41,699 nt of DNA from an uncultured Oscillospiraceae bacterium. Lineage in GTDB: Bacteria > Bacillota > Clostridia > Christensenellales > CAG-138. Each line of letters begins with the position of its first letter. Within the stretch, counting starts at the first letter, position 1. The translations under genes and the position numbers were made by a program. The notes under the pieces are model-generated. The model saw only the letters and a list, made by a program, of their open reading frames with translations, was not told where the DNA came from and ran no database searches. Below, piece by piece: positions 8,657 to 17,409 of the stretch. Where the stretch lies: positions 1 to 41,699 of the forward strand of contig CAZAZI010000001.1 of NCBI GenBank assembly GCA_964489575.1, given 5' to 3'.

Positions 8657-9571
8657 ATGGAATTCAAAGAATTGGAATCCTTCGTCACCATTGCCAAGGT
8701 CAAAAGCTTTTCCAAAGCGGCTTCCCAGCTCTTCCTTACCCAGCCTGCCCTGAGCAACCACATTGCTAAGCTGGAGGCGGAGCTTGGCATCACGCTCTTT
8801 GAACGCAACAACAAGCGCACCGAGCTGACCCCTGCGGGAAAGCAATTCTACCTATCCGCCATCGAGATCCTCAGCCAGCGGGAGCATGCCCTGCTCAATT
8901 TGGAGAAATACCAAGGCAGGATCGAGGGCCTTTTGCAGGTAGCCACCAGCAGCGTGCCCGGCCAATACGTGCTGCCGGATATCCTCATGGGCTTCCATAA
9001 AATATACCCGGATGTGGCCTTTAACCTCCATCATCTAAGCTCCCGGGATGTTACGGATTCTCTGGTCAGCGGCGACCTCGACTTCGGCTTTGTGGGGGCC
9101 AGCCCGGATAACCGAAACCTCATTTACGAAAAGGTGCAGGATGACGAGCTGGTGGTGATCGCGCCCAACAAGCCGCCTTATAGCGAGATGGAGAGCATCA
9201 CATTCTCCCAGCTTCTCGACGCGCCGCTTCTTTTGCGCAAGCCCGGCTCGGGCACGCGCCAGGCCTTCGATATCGCCTATAAGCAGCACGCCTACCTCGG
9301 CAAGAGCGCCAACATCCTGGCCCACATGGATAACAACGAAATGGTGCTTCTGTGCGTGAAGGCCGGGCTGGGGCTCTCCGTCGTTTCCTCTATTTCCATT
9401 GAAGATAAGGTGAAGGCCGGCTTTTTGCGCGTGCTGCCCCTATGCAATTATACGTTCGAGCACGCATTCTATTTCGTTTATCCGCAAAAGCGCACGCTTT
9501 CCCCCATGGCGGCCCGCTTTCGCGATTTCGTGCTCTCGCAAACCGGCAGCCTATACCAGCCGGCCCGATAA
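8657..9571 (+). CDS. LysR-family transcriptional regulator
   Basis: AGGAGG at 8647-8652 precedes ATG 8657. N-terminal LTTR helix-turn-helix MEFKELESFVTIAKVKSFSKAASQLFLTQPALSNHIAKLEAELG, followed by a substrate-binding domain of typical length. Confidence 0.9.
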   Translation: MEFKELESFVTIAKVKSFSKAASQLFLTQPALSNHIAKLEAELGITLFERNNKRTELTPAGKQFYLSAIEILSQREHALLNLEKYQGRIEGLLQVATSSVPGQYVLPDILMGFHKIYPDVAFNLHHLSSRDVTDSLVSGDLDFGFVGASPDNRNLIYEKVQDDELVVIAPNKPPYSEMESITFSQLLDAPLLLRKPGSGTRQAFDIAYKQHAYLGKSANILAHMDNNEMVLLCVKAGLGLSVVSSISIEDKVKAGFLRVLPLCNYTFEHAFYFVYPQKRTLSPMAARFRDFVLSQTGSLYQPAR

Positions 9572-9612
9572 ATCTTGTTTATCCACCTTTTCAATCCATA
9601 GCCATTTTTCAT

Positions 9613-9639
9613 AACGGGCGCAAAACGTCCCGTTTTTTT
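9613..9639 (+). terminator. intrinsic terminator of the LysR gene
   Basis: AACGGGCG (9613-9620) pairs with CG(T)CCCGTT (9626-9634), followed by a run of seven T (9633-9639). Confidence 0.65.
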
Positions 9640-9661
9640 GCGTTTTTCGCCACCGCCTCAA

Positions 9662-9691
9662 TTGACAGGGCCGGAAGGCGCGGGCTATAAT
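9662..9691 (+). promoter_or_regulatory. sigma-A type promoter for the carbamate kinase gene
   Basis: TTGACA (9662-9667), 18-nt spacer, TATAAT (9686-9691). Confidence 0.6.
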
Positions 9692-9718
9692 TGAAAGGCA
9701 ATCGAAGCATGCCTCTCT

Positions 9719-9732
9719 ATTGCAATTGCAAT
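9719..9732. promoter_or_regulatory. 14-bp perfect palindrome (candidate operator) in the carbamate kinase leader
   Basis: ATTGCAATTGCAAT equals its own reverse complement and lies about 30 nt downstream of the -10 box. Confidence 0.4.
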
Positions 9733-9790
9733 TATATCGTATCTCAAGGTTATAAGCCTTCTAAAAAACAAAAGCAAAGGAGACATTCTC

Positions 9791-10729
9791 GTGAAGAAAC
9801 TCGTGATCGCACTGGGCGGAAACGCCTTACAGGCGGAAGGTAAGCCGGCAACGGCAGAGGTGCAGCTGGAGGTGGTGGAAGAGACCGCGGCCTATATCGC
9901 GGACATCATCGACAAAGGATATCAGGTGGTAGTGGCCCACGGCAACGGCCCCCAGGTGGGCCGCATCGTGCTGCAAAATGAATATGCCGCGCCCGTATCT
10001 CCAGCTATGCCCTTTGACGTATGCGGCGCCATGAGCCAGGGATATATCGGCTATCACATCCAGCAGGGGCTGACCAAGGTGCTGCGCCAGCGCGGCAGTA
10101 AAAAGGAAGTGGTCACGCTGGTGACCCAGGTGTTGGTGGATCAAAACGACCCTAAGTTCAAAGCGCCCAGCAAGCCCATCGGCCCCTTCTATACCGAAGA
10201 GGAAGCCAATGTCATCGCGGCGGAAAAGGGCTATACCATGAAGGAGGACGCGGGCCGCGGCTGGCGCCGGGTTGTGGCCTCCCCTGTGCCCGTGGCCATC
10301 GAGGAGCTCGACGCTGTCAAATGCCTGGTGGATAACGGCTTCATCGCCGTTACCGTAGGCGGCGGCGGCATCCCGGTGATCCGTAACGAAAAGGGCGAGC
10401 TTGTCGGCACGGCCGCCGTGATCGATAAAGACCTCGCCAGCGAACGGCTGGCCGAAGATTTGGGCGCGGACGCACTGGTGATCCTCACGGCCGTAGAAAA
10501 GGTATCCATCAACTATAAAAAGCCCGATCAAAAAGACCTCGATACCCTCAGCGTGGCCGAGGCCAAGGAATATATCGCGGCGGGCCACTTTGCGCCGGGC
10601 TCCATGCTGCCCAAGATCGAGGCGGCCGTGAAGTTCGTCGAGAGCAAGCCGGGCCGCAGGGCCATCATCACCTCGCTGGATAAGGCCGCCGCCGCGCTGG
10701 ATGGCCAGGCGGGCACGACGCTCTGCTAA
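9791..10729 (+). CDS. arcC: carbamate kinase
   Basis: AAGGAG lies 8 nt before GTG 9791. MKKLVIALGGNAL..., VVAHGNGPQVG and the GGGGIPV motif. About 312 aa, typical of ArcC-family amino-acid kinases. Confidence 0.85.
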   Translation: MKKLVIALGGNALQAEGKPATAEVQLEVVEETAAYIADIIDKGYQVVVAHGNGPQVGRIVLQNEYAAPVSPAMPFDVCGAMSQGYIGYHIQQGLTKVLRQRGSKKEVVTLVTQVLVDQNDPKFKAPSKPIGPFYTEEEANVIAAEKGYTMKEDAGRGWRRVVASPVPVAIEELDAVKCLVDNGFIAVTVGGGGIPVIRNEKGELVGTAAVIDKDLASERLAEDLGADALVILTAVEKVSINYKKPDQKDLDTLSVAEAKEYIAAGHFAPGSMLPKIEAAVKFVESKPGRRAIITSLDKAAAALDGQAGTTLC

Positions 10730-10786
10730 CAGCACTATAGGGCGGCTGCCGCACATGCCGCCGCGAACCGTCCATACATACAACCC

Positions 10787-10810
10787 GTCCCGGCGCAAAT
10801 GCGCCGGGAC
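10787..10810. terminator. bidirectional terminator hairpin between convergent arcC and the histidine kinase gene
   Basis: GTCCCGGCGC (10787-10796) pairs with GCGCCGGGAC (10801-10810) around loop AAAT. GTTGTTTAT follows. Confidence 0.6.
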
Positions 10811-10879
10811 GTTGTTTATGCCTATAATCCTAAAACTGTTTTCCCCCGCTTTTTCAAAATGGGGGTTAAGGGCAATCCC

Positions 10880-12481
10880 CTACGCCAGTTCTAACTCCAG
10901 CACAGCCTTAAACAGATCGCCATCCACGTAGAGGGTGAGGCTGCCGCCGTTGAGCTGGGCCAGGCTTTGGGCAATGGAGAGACCCAGGCCGCTGCCCTCG
11001 GCCGCGCGGCTGCTATCCCCCCGCACGAAGCGCTCCATCAGCTCATCCGCCGAGATGTTGAGCACCTCGCGCGAGATGTTCTTAATCTCGATATGCGCCT
11101 TGCCGGCCTGCTCACAGGCGGTGAGGTAAACCCGGGTGCCGCTCTGGGCGTATTTGCATGCGTTTCCCAACAGGTTATCGAATACCCGCCACAGCAGGCG
11201 GCCATCTGCCAGGGCGTAAAGCCCCTTTTGCGCATCGCAGACCATGGTAAGGCCCGCGCCTTGCATGCGCTCGGCGTATTCGGCGCTGCATTGGCTCAAA
11301 AGCTCCGCCACATCCGTGCGGCTGCGCTCCACGGCTACATTGCCCGTAGAAGCCTTGGATGCCTCGATTAAATCTTCCGTGAGCTTTTTGAGCCGCTGAG
11401 CCTGGCGGCTGAGCACTTCGATATATTCCGTTGCCTTTTCGTTATTGAGCGGCTCCTTGCCCAGCAGATCCACATAGTTGATGATGCTGGTGAGCGGGGT
11501 CTTAAGGTCGTGTGAAACGTTGGTGATCAACTCGGTTTTGAAACGCTCGCTCTTGAGCCGCTCCTCCACGGCTGTGGTCATACCGGCGCCGATGCTGTTG
11601 ATGGCCTCGGCATGGCGCAGGAAAATTGGCAGCATGCGCTTGCTTATATCCACCTTGGCCTCCAGCTCGCCCGCGGCCAGCCGCTCGGCCGCCTTGCGGA
11701 TGGCGCCGAATTGCAGCGCCCCATAGCAGCAGAGCGCAAAGGTGGCGGAACAGAGGCAGAACCACAGCAGCAGGAAAAACCCTGTATTCGGCATGAGCAT
11801 CGCAGAAATGGAGATAAAGAGCAGCAGCATGCCCGACCCCAGCGCCGTGGCCCAGATGGTGGGCAGGGCGGCGGCCAGGCCGTATATCCCCATCCACAAG
11901 CCCTTAAAGAGGCGTTTGCAGAGGCCCCAGGCCCATTTCCATACCCGCCAGACAAGGCGCAGGGCCCAATAGCAGGCGGTATTGCGCCACCAGCCGCCCA
12001 ATTTGAGGCGCACGGCCAGCGTGGTGAGCAGGCCAAGGGCCAACAGGGCGAGGATAGCCGTAGCGGGAAGGGCCACGAACATGAAGTCGAACAGCTTAAA
12101 GCTGAGGCTATAACCGATTTGCGATACAAAGGCGATCAGCAGGGCCACGCAAATGGCCAGGGCGGCTAGGTAAACATCCAGCGGGATCTTCTCCTGCCAA
12201 CCGGGATGGACGCCCTCTTCATCCGGCCTGCGGCCCGATGCGTGCAGCAAAAAGGCCAGGCAGCCCAGCAGGCACAACCCCAGCGCCAAGATGGCCATCA
12301 GTACCACATCCTGCTCCTGGCTGAACAGGTAGGGAATATCCACCAGCTCGGGATGATCTATGGCATAATCCGTATGCGCAAAGGCCAGGCCCAGCAGGCA
12401 ATAAGCCAGCCCCATGCACAGCGCCACGCACAGCAGCACCGCCAAGGTCTTATACATGAATCCATAATAGGCTTTTTTCAT
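10880..12481 (-). CDS. sensor histidine kinase with a large polytopic membrane N-terminus and no obvious extracytoplasmic domain
   Basis: H-box SHDLKTPLTSI and HATPase motifs NLLGNACKY and GSGLGLSIA. About the first 270 aa are hydrophobic segments. Its ATG overlaps the regulator's stop codon (ATGA). Confidence 0.85.
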   Translation of the reverse strand: MKKAYYGFMYKTLAVLLCVALCMGLAYCLLGLAFAHTDYAIDHPELVDIPYLFSQEQDVVLMAILALGLCLLGCLAFLLHASGRRPDEEGVHPGWQEKIPLDVYLAALAICVALLIAFVSQIGYSLSFKLFDFMFVALPATAILALLALGLLTTLAVRLKLGGWWRNTACYWALRLVWRVWKWAWGLCKRLFKGLWMGIYGLAAALPTIWATALGSGMLLLFISISAMLMPNTGFFLLLWFCLCSATFALCCYGALQFGAIRKAAERLAAGELEAKVDISKRMLPIFLRHAEAINSIGAGMTTAVEERLKSERFKTELITNVSHDLKTPLTSIINYVDLLGKEPLNNEKATEYIEVLSRQAQRLKKLTEDLIEASKASTGNVAVERSRTDVAELLSQCSAEYAERMQGAGLTMVCDAQKGLYALADGRLLWRVFDNLLGNACKYAQSGTRVYLTACEQAGKAHIEIKNISREVLNISADELMERFVRGDSSRAAEGSGLGLSIAQSLAQLNGGSLTLYVDGDLFKAVLELELA

Positions 12482-13176
12482 CGCCCTTCTCCCCTTTCGA
12501 TTTTATAGCCCTGGCCCCAAACGACCTTTAAATAGCGCGGTTCCGCCGGGTTAATCTCCAACTTTTCGCGCAGATGGCGGATATGCACAGCTACGGTGCC
12601 CTCGGCCCCAAAGGCGCTGTCCTTCCAGACCAGCTCGTAGATGCGGGCGGAGCTGAACACCTTGCCGGGGTTTTGCATCAGCAGGCGCAAAATGCTGTAT
12701 TCAATAGGCGTAAGGGCCACGGCCTCCCCATCGAGCGATACCTCCTTGGCCTCGTCATCCAGCGATATGCCGCCGATTCGCAGGGCAGCAGGCGTTTTTT
12801 CCATGCCGCCCAGCAGGGCGTAGCGCCGCAGCTGGCTCTTGACCCGGGCCATCACCTCCACCGGGTTGAAGGGCTTGGTGATATAATCATCCGCGCCCAG
12901 GTTCAGCCCCAGCACCTTGTCCGTATCCTCGCTCTTGGCGGTGATGAGGATAATGGGGATATTGCTGTCCTCCCGCAGCCGAATGGTGGCGGATATTCCA
13001 TCCAGCCCCGGCATCATGATATCCATCAGCACCAGGTGCACGGTTTCCTTCTCCGCCACATCCAGCGCCTGTTGGCCGTTGTAGGCCGTGAGCACCCCAT
13101 AGCCCTCGGCGCTAAGGTAGATCTTGAGGGCGGCTACGATATCCTTATCATCATCGCAGATCAAAACATTGTACAT
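12478..13176 (-). CDS. OmpR/PhoB-family response regulator
   Basis: GGAGAAAAC lies upstream of ATG 13176; the track ORF extends 14 codons further. MYNVLICDDD, VLMDIMMPGLDG, and a winged-helix C-terminus ending ...YLKVVWGQGYKI. Confidence 0.9.
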   Translation of the reverse strand: MYNVLICDDDKDIVAALKIYLSAEGYGVLTAYNGQQALDVAEKETVHLVLMDIMMPGLDGISATIRLREDSNIPIILITAKSEDTDKVLGLNLGADDYITKPFNPVEVMARVKSQLRRYALLGGMEKTPAALRIGGISLDDEAKEVSLDGEAVALTPIEYSILRLLMQNPGKVFSSARIYELVWKDSAFGAEGTVAVHIRHLREKLEINPAEPRYLKVVWGQGYKIERGEGR

Positions 13177-13500
13177 GCTGTTTTCTCCCCATTTATTTGC
13201 CTGCATCCATCCTATCATGTTCCCTTTTAAAATCGTAGTAGCAAAAGCCTTAAGAAGTCTTTAAGGCCCCGCCTTCCAGAAAAATGGTGAAAGCCATGTT
13301 GTTGCGTTACAGAGCTCGCTTATGCCGCGGCATGGCCGGCAAACCTTATGGGGAACAAAAGCCTGCGGTTTTCAGCCTCCGAAGCTTCTTGAAGCTTCGG
13401 CGCCTCATCAAGAGGCTATCCATTTGACCCTGCGGGGCGCAAACGCGGCCTCCGTTTTGGCGCGCATAATGAAAAGAAAGCAAATTTTGCGGCCATGATA

Positions 13501-13529
13501 TTGAATCCCGCCCCGTTTCCCTTTATAAT
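13501..13529 (+). promoter_or_regulatory. sigma-A type promoter for the 13604 gene
   Basis: TTGAAT (13501-13506), 17-nt spacer, TATAAT (13524-13529). Confidence 0.5.
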
Positions 13530-13603
13530 CTTTTCATGGTTTTATTATAAACTCTCTTGGGTAAAATTCTCTTGGATTCCATCATGCATAGGAGGGTTCA
13601 GTT

Positions 13604-14275
13604 ATGACAGAACGTCATGTTCCTAAGGTTACGGGCGACCTCCGCTCCCACATCCTTACCATGCCACAGGAGATCTTTCAGGCAAGCGGTATAGTCGTGT
13701 TGGGCCAGCGCATCAAATCCGTGATATTTTCCACAGATATCGCCATCATCCGCAATTGCAATGCGGACGCGGTGCTGGCGGTCTATCCCTTCACGCCCCA
13801 GCAGGCTATCTCCCACCCCATCATCTCCGCCAGCTACATGCCGGTATTTTGCGGCGTGGGCGGCGGCACCACCACGGGTAAGCGCACCGTAACATTGGCC
13901 GAGGATGCGGAGGCCCAGGGCGCGATCGGCGTGGTGGTCAACGCTCCTTTGCCCAACGATACCGTGCGCATGATCGCCGATGTGGTGGATATCCCCATCG
14001 TAGCCACCGTGCTCAATGAGCAAACGGATATCGACGCGCGCTTGCAAGCAGGCGTTTCCATCCTTAACATTTCGGCAGCAGACCGCACGCCCGAGGTGGT
14101 GAAGCACATCCGCAGCCGTTTCCCCACCGTGCCCATCATCGCCACCGGCGGCCCCACCAGCGAAAGCATCCTGCGCACCGTTGAGGCCGGGGCCAACACC
14201 ATCAGCTATACGCCCCCCAGCACCAAGATCCTCTTTTCCACCATGATGGATAAATACCGCAAGGCGGGCTATTGA
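13604..14275 (+). CDS. uncharacterised protein, probably a phosphate-binding (beta/alpha)8-barrel fold
   Basis: AGGAGGG precedes ATG 13604. Alternating beta-alpha pattern with Gly-rich loops CGVGGGTTTG and PIIATGGPTSE. The overlapping minus-strand ORF 13598..14368 is Gly/Ala/His/Arg-rich shadow sequence. Family not recognised. Confidence 0.65.
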   Translation: MTERHVPKVTGDLRSHILTMPQEIFQASGIVVLGQRIKSVIFSTDIAIIRNCNADAVLAVYPFTPQQAISHPIISASYMPVFCGVGGGTTTGKRTVTLAEDAEAQGAIGVVVNAPLPNDTVRMIADVVDIPIVATVLNEQTDIDARLQAGVSILNISAADRTPEVVKHIRSRFPTVPIIATGGPTSESILRTVEAGANTISYTPPSTKILFSTMMDKYRKAGY

Positions 14276-14412
14276 GCCTGCGCAATACGCATTCATAACC
14301 CGGGGCCCTGGGCGGCCCCATTTTATATTGGGCGGCGAGCGGGCGAAACATATGGATTTTTGCCCCAACTTGTCGTATAATTTAGAAAAATCGCGAAGGG
14401 GGATTCCGATCT

Positions 14413-14781
14413 ATGAAATTTTACGTTTGCGCCCATTGCGGCAACATCATCGCCTATGCGGAAGATAAGGGCGTGCCCGTATCCTGCTGTGGGGAAACCA
14501 TGCAGGAGCTGGTGCCCAACACCAAAGAAGCCTCCGTTGAAAAGCACCTGCCCGTGATCGAGCAGGCGGGCAATCTGGTCACGGTGAAGATCGGCAGCGC
14601 GCCCCATCCGATGCTGCCCGAGCACTATATCGGCTGGGTGGCCCTGGAGACCAAGCAGGGCAACCAGCGTAAGCCTCTGCCCCTTGATGGCGCGCCCGAG
14701 ATCCGGTTTGCCCTCACAGAGGGCGATGAAGTCGTCGCGGCCTATGCCTGGTGCAACCTACACGGGCTTTGGAAGGCTTAA
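14413..14781 (+). CDS. dfx: desulfoferrodoxin / superoxide reductase
   Basis: AAGGGGGA RBS. N-terminal desulforedoxin-like Cys motif CAHCGN...CCGE. Centre II ligand context EKHLPV, HPM..EHYI and C-N-L-HG. Confidence 0.85.
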   Translation: MKFYVCAHCGNIIAYAEDKGVPVSCCGETMQELVPNTKEASVEKHLPVIEQAGNLVTVKIGSAPHPMLPEHYIGWVALETKQGNQRKPLPLDGAPEIRFALTEGDEVVAAYAWCNLHGLWKA

Positions 14782-14794
14782 TAAGGGGCTGCCT

Positions 14795-15283
14795 ATGATA
14801 CGGGAGGAGACGCCGCAAAAGCCGGAACGCCGCTATCCATCGACCTGGGAGGAGCAGAAGGACAGCGGCCTGCCGGATCAATGGGAAAGCCTTCACACGG
14901 GCGGCAACATCATCATTGAGGAAGGCGCGCCGTCCAAGGCGGAAAGCCTTTCCGAAGCAACGCGCGAGGAACAGGAGCCGAATCAAGCGAACCAAACGGA
15001 ATTGGATCGCCGCTTCGCCGCGCTTTCGAACGCGCAATGGAAGGCCCTGCAGATCGCCTTCGGCCTCATCCTGGGCGCCGGCGGCAGTTTTTGCCTCTTC
15101 TTTCTGGGCGGCACCATAACCTTCAGCTCCATGGGCCTGCTGATGGCCGTGGGCGTGATGCTGGTAATCCCCAGCCTGATCCAGCGCAACCTGAGCCGCA
15201 GCATCCACCTGGCCCGTCTCGTCTCCATCCTCTCCTTTGCCCTGTTGCTTCTGGCCTTCACCCTCCTAAACCGGCCGGGATAA
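14795..15283 (+). CDS. hypothetical small membrane protein (acidic N-terminal region plus about 3 TM segments)
   Basis: ATG 14795 lies 14 nt after the dfx stop and is in frame with track ORF 14684..15283. The C-terminal half is hydrophobic (ALQIAFGLILGAGGSFCLFFLGG...). No recognisable family. Confidence 0.5.
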   Translation: MIREETPQKPERRYPSTWEEQKDSGLPDQWESLHTGGNIIIEEGAPSKAESLSEATREEQEPNQANQTELDRRFAALSNAQWKALQIAFGLILGAGGSFCLFFLGGTITFSSMGLLMAVGVMLVIPSLIQRNLSRSIHLARLVSILSFALLLLAFTLLNRPG

Positions 15284-15295
15284 TTGGCGCTTGTC

Positions 15296-15335
15296 AACAA
15301 AAACAGGCGGTCGCTTGGCGGCCGCCTGTTTTTTG
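15296..15335. terminator. bidirectional intrinsic terminator
   Basis: AAACAGGCGG (15301-15310) pairs with CCGCCTGTTT (15322-15331). It has an A-tract upstream and a T-tract downstream and sits between convergent genes. Confidence 0.75.
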
Positions 15336-15373
15336 CCTTTTATGCGCTATGATAAAGCCGCAGCATCGCGGCT

Positions 15374-16357
15374 TTACCCTTGCGCGGGGAACCATCCGGC
15401 GCGCGCCAGCGCTTCGGGGTTGGCCACGTTATCGATCCTTTCGCCGTTTAGCAGCCGCAGCGTCGTCTCCGCCACCATCTTATGCGTCCGGTTCGCCGCC
15501 TGTCTGGTAACGCCGCCCACATGGGGCGTCACCACCACGTTGGGCAGCTTCAAAAGGGGATTCTCCATATCAAACGGTTCCTGCGCCATCACATCGAGCG
15601 CAGCGCCGCCCAAATGGCCGGTGCGCAGCGCCTCGTACAAAGCTTCCTCATCCACGACGCTGCCGCGCGCGCAATTGATCACATAGGCCCCTTCCTTCAT
15701 GGCGGCAAACTGCGCTTTTCCAAACATGCCCCTTGTTGCGGGTAGCGATGGCATGTGCAGCGAGACGAAATCCGCCCGGGCCATCATATCTTCCAGGTTC
15801 TCGCAATATGCATAGCCGAAGCGCTCCACCTCTTCACGCGCCACAAAGGGATCATATACGCAGATCTCGCAGTCGTTTCGCGCAAACAGGCGCGCCGTTT
15901 CTCGGCCGATGTTGCCAAAGCCGGCAATGCCAACCGTGCAGCCGCGCATCTCAAAATTGTTGAACCGGTTGCGTATGCCGTAGTTGCCGCCCTTCACCTC
16001 ACGGCAATCCTCCACAATGTTTTTGGCGAGCGCATAGGCCATGCCTACCGCATGCTCCGCAACGGAGCGCAGGTTCATATTGGGGCAATACACGAGGGCG
16101 ATCCCCGCGCTATTGAGAAAATCCATGTCGTAGCTCTGATAACCCACGCCGGGGATGCCGATAACCTTCAACTTGGGGCATGTTTTGAGCAGTTCCGTGG
16201 ATGGGTGAACGTTGCGCGTGATGAATGCATCCGCCGCGCGAAGCCGGTTCATAAACGGAAGGATCTCCCCGGAATTGCTTACGAACAAATCGGTCTGCTC
16301 CTCAAGCATCCGCATGCCCTCGCCATACAAGGGATATGAAAGCATCACATTATACAT
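15374..16357 (-). CDS. D-isomer-specific 2-hydroxyacid dehydrogenase family protein (paralog A)
   Basis: GGAGAAAG RBS. NAD-binding GIAGFGNIGRE. Catalytic region NCARGSVVDE...TPHVGG. Shares SLHMPSLPATRGMF..QFAAMK with the gene at 29263-30240. Confidence 0.9.
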   Translation of the reverse strand: MYNVMLSYPLYGEGMRMLEEQTDLFVSNSGEILPFMNRLRAADAFITRNVHPSTELLKTCPKLKVIGIPGVGYQSYDMDFLNSAGIALVYCPNMNLRSVAEHAVGMAYALAKNIVEDCREVKGGNYGIRNRFNNFEMRGCTVGIAGFGNIGRETARLFARNDCEICVYDPFVAREEVERFGYAYCENLEDMMARADFVSLHMPSLPATRGMFGKAQFAAMKEGAYVINCARGSVVDEEALYEALRTGHLGGAALDVMAQEPFDMENPLLKLPNVVVTPHVGGVTRQAANRTHKMVAETTLRLLNGERIDNVANPEALARAGWFPAQG

Positions 16358-16406
16358 TTATCTTTCTCCAATCAGCCTATTGTTTCGTATTGGTACGCAT
16401 CCATCG

Positions 16407-16435
16407 TTGCTTTCCGGCAACTCTCCTGCTATAAT
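16407..16435 (+). promoter_or_regulatory. sigma-A type promoter for the FAH-FAH-SDR operon
   Basis: TTGCTT (16407-16412), 17-nt spacer, TATAAT (16430-16435). A 10-bp palindrome TATTGCAATA at 16454-16463 lies in the leader. Confidence 0.5.
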
Positions 16436-16494
16436 TATAATATAAATTTCCTTTATTGCAATATATGTTTCATATTAGTACATCTGGGGGCTCT

Positions 16495-17409
16495 ATGAAA
16501 TTATTGACGTATCATTACCATGGCGCTAACGCCGTTGGGGTTATGTCCGCCGATCTCAGGCTGATCTACCCGCTCAGCGGGCTTGGTTTTTCCTACGATA
16601 GTATGCAAGCGCTCATTGAATGCGGCACGAAAGAGGAGCTGGCGCAGATCGCTTCTGCCGCAAAAAAGGGCTGCGCCGCCCCGATCCCCTACGGCGCCGT
16701 GGATAAGCGTTCCCCCATTCCCATGCTGCGGCGCGATATGATCTGTATCGGCTACAATTTCAGGAGCCATGCTGAGGAAATTGCCCGCCTGCGCGGCGAA
16801 GCCGTGGAAACCGCTTCCATCAGCTACCCTATTTATTTTGTAAAGCGCACGCTTTTTGCCACGCCGGATGGCGGCGAGATACCATACTTCCCGGGCTATG
16901 CCACGGATCTTGATTGCGGCGTGGAGGTGGCTGTCGTCATCGGAAAAGACGCGTTGAATGTTGCCAAAGAGCAGGTAAATAATTATATCTTTGGCTATAC
17001 GATCACCAATGATATCTGCGATACGCGCATCAACAAGGCCTATACGCAGCCCTTTCTAGGTAAAAGCCTCGATGGCTACATGCCGGTCGGCCCCTGGATC
17101 GTTACGCCCGATGAATTTGAAGAAAGCCCGGTTTTCGATTTGAAGCTCAGCGTGAACGGCAGCGTTCGCCAGCAGGGCAGCACGCGGGATTTGGTGTTCG
17201 GCATTCCCTACATCATTAGCGAATTGACGCGCAACATGACGCTCAAGGCCGGAACGATGATCTCCACCGGTTCGCCTGCCAATCTCGATGCTGGCGACCC
17301 CGATAAGCTGCGGCTTCGGCCCGGCAATACGATCGTATGCGAAATCGGCGGCATCGGTGCTTTGCGCAATACCATTGCGGAAAAGCCCTGGGGAGGGATT
17401 GAACGATGA
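16495..17409 (+). CDS. fumarylacetoacetate hydrolase (FAH) family protein, paralog 1
   Basis: ATG 16495 follows CTGGGGG. C-terminal FAH fold: ...VEVAVVIGKD..., IFGYTITNDICDTR, GTMISTGSPA. Confidence 0.85.
   Translation: MKLLTYHYHGANAVGVMSADLRLIYPLSGLGFSYDSMQALIECGTKEELAQIASAAKKGCAAPIPYGAVDKRSPIPMLRRDMICIGYNFRSHAEEIARLRGEAVETASISYPIYFVKRTLFATPDGGEIPYFPGYATDLDCGVEVAVVIGKDALNVAKEQVNNYIFGYTITNDICDTRINKAYTQPFLGKSLDGYMPVGPWIVTPDEFEESPVFDLKLSVNGSVRQQGSTRDLVFGIPYIISELTRNMTLKAGTMISTGSPANLDAGDPDKLRLRPGNTIVCEIGGIGALRNTIAEKPWGGIER

Noticed and set aside
9579-9587. DnaA-box-like TTATCCACC, considered together with the AT-rich island as a possible replication origin.
   Set aside because: It is a single 8/9 match, more than 1.3 kb from the AT-rich island. 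There is no cluster of boxes and no dnaA, dnaN or other origin-linked gene nearby.
13285-13434. 49-codon plus-strand ORF (MVKAMLLRYRARLCRG...) in the regulator / 13604 intergenic region.
   Set aside because: It has no SD, a highly basic low-complexity product, and its coding sequence spans the hairpin. It is probably a chance ORF.
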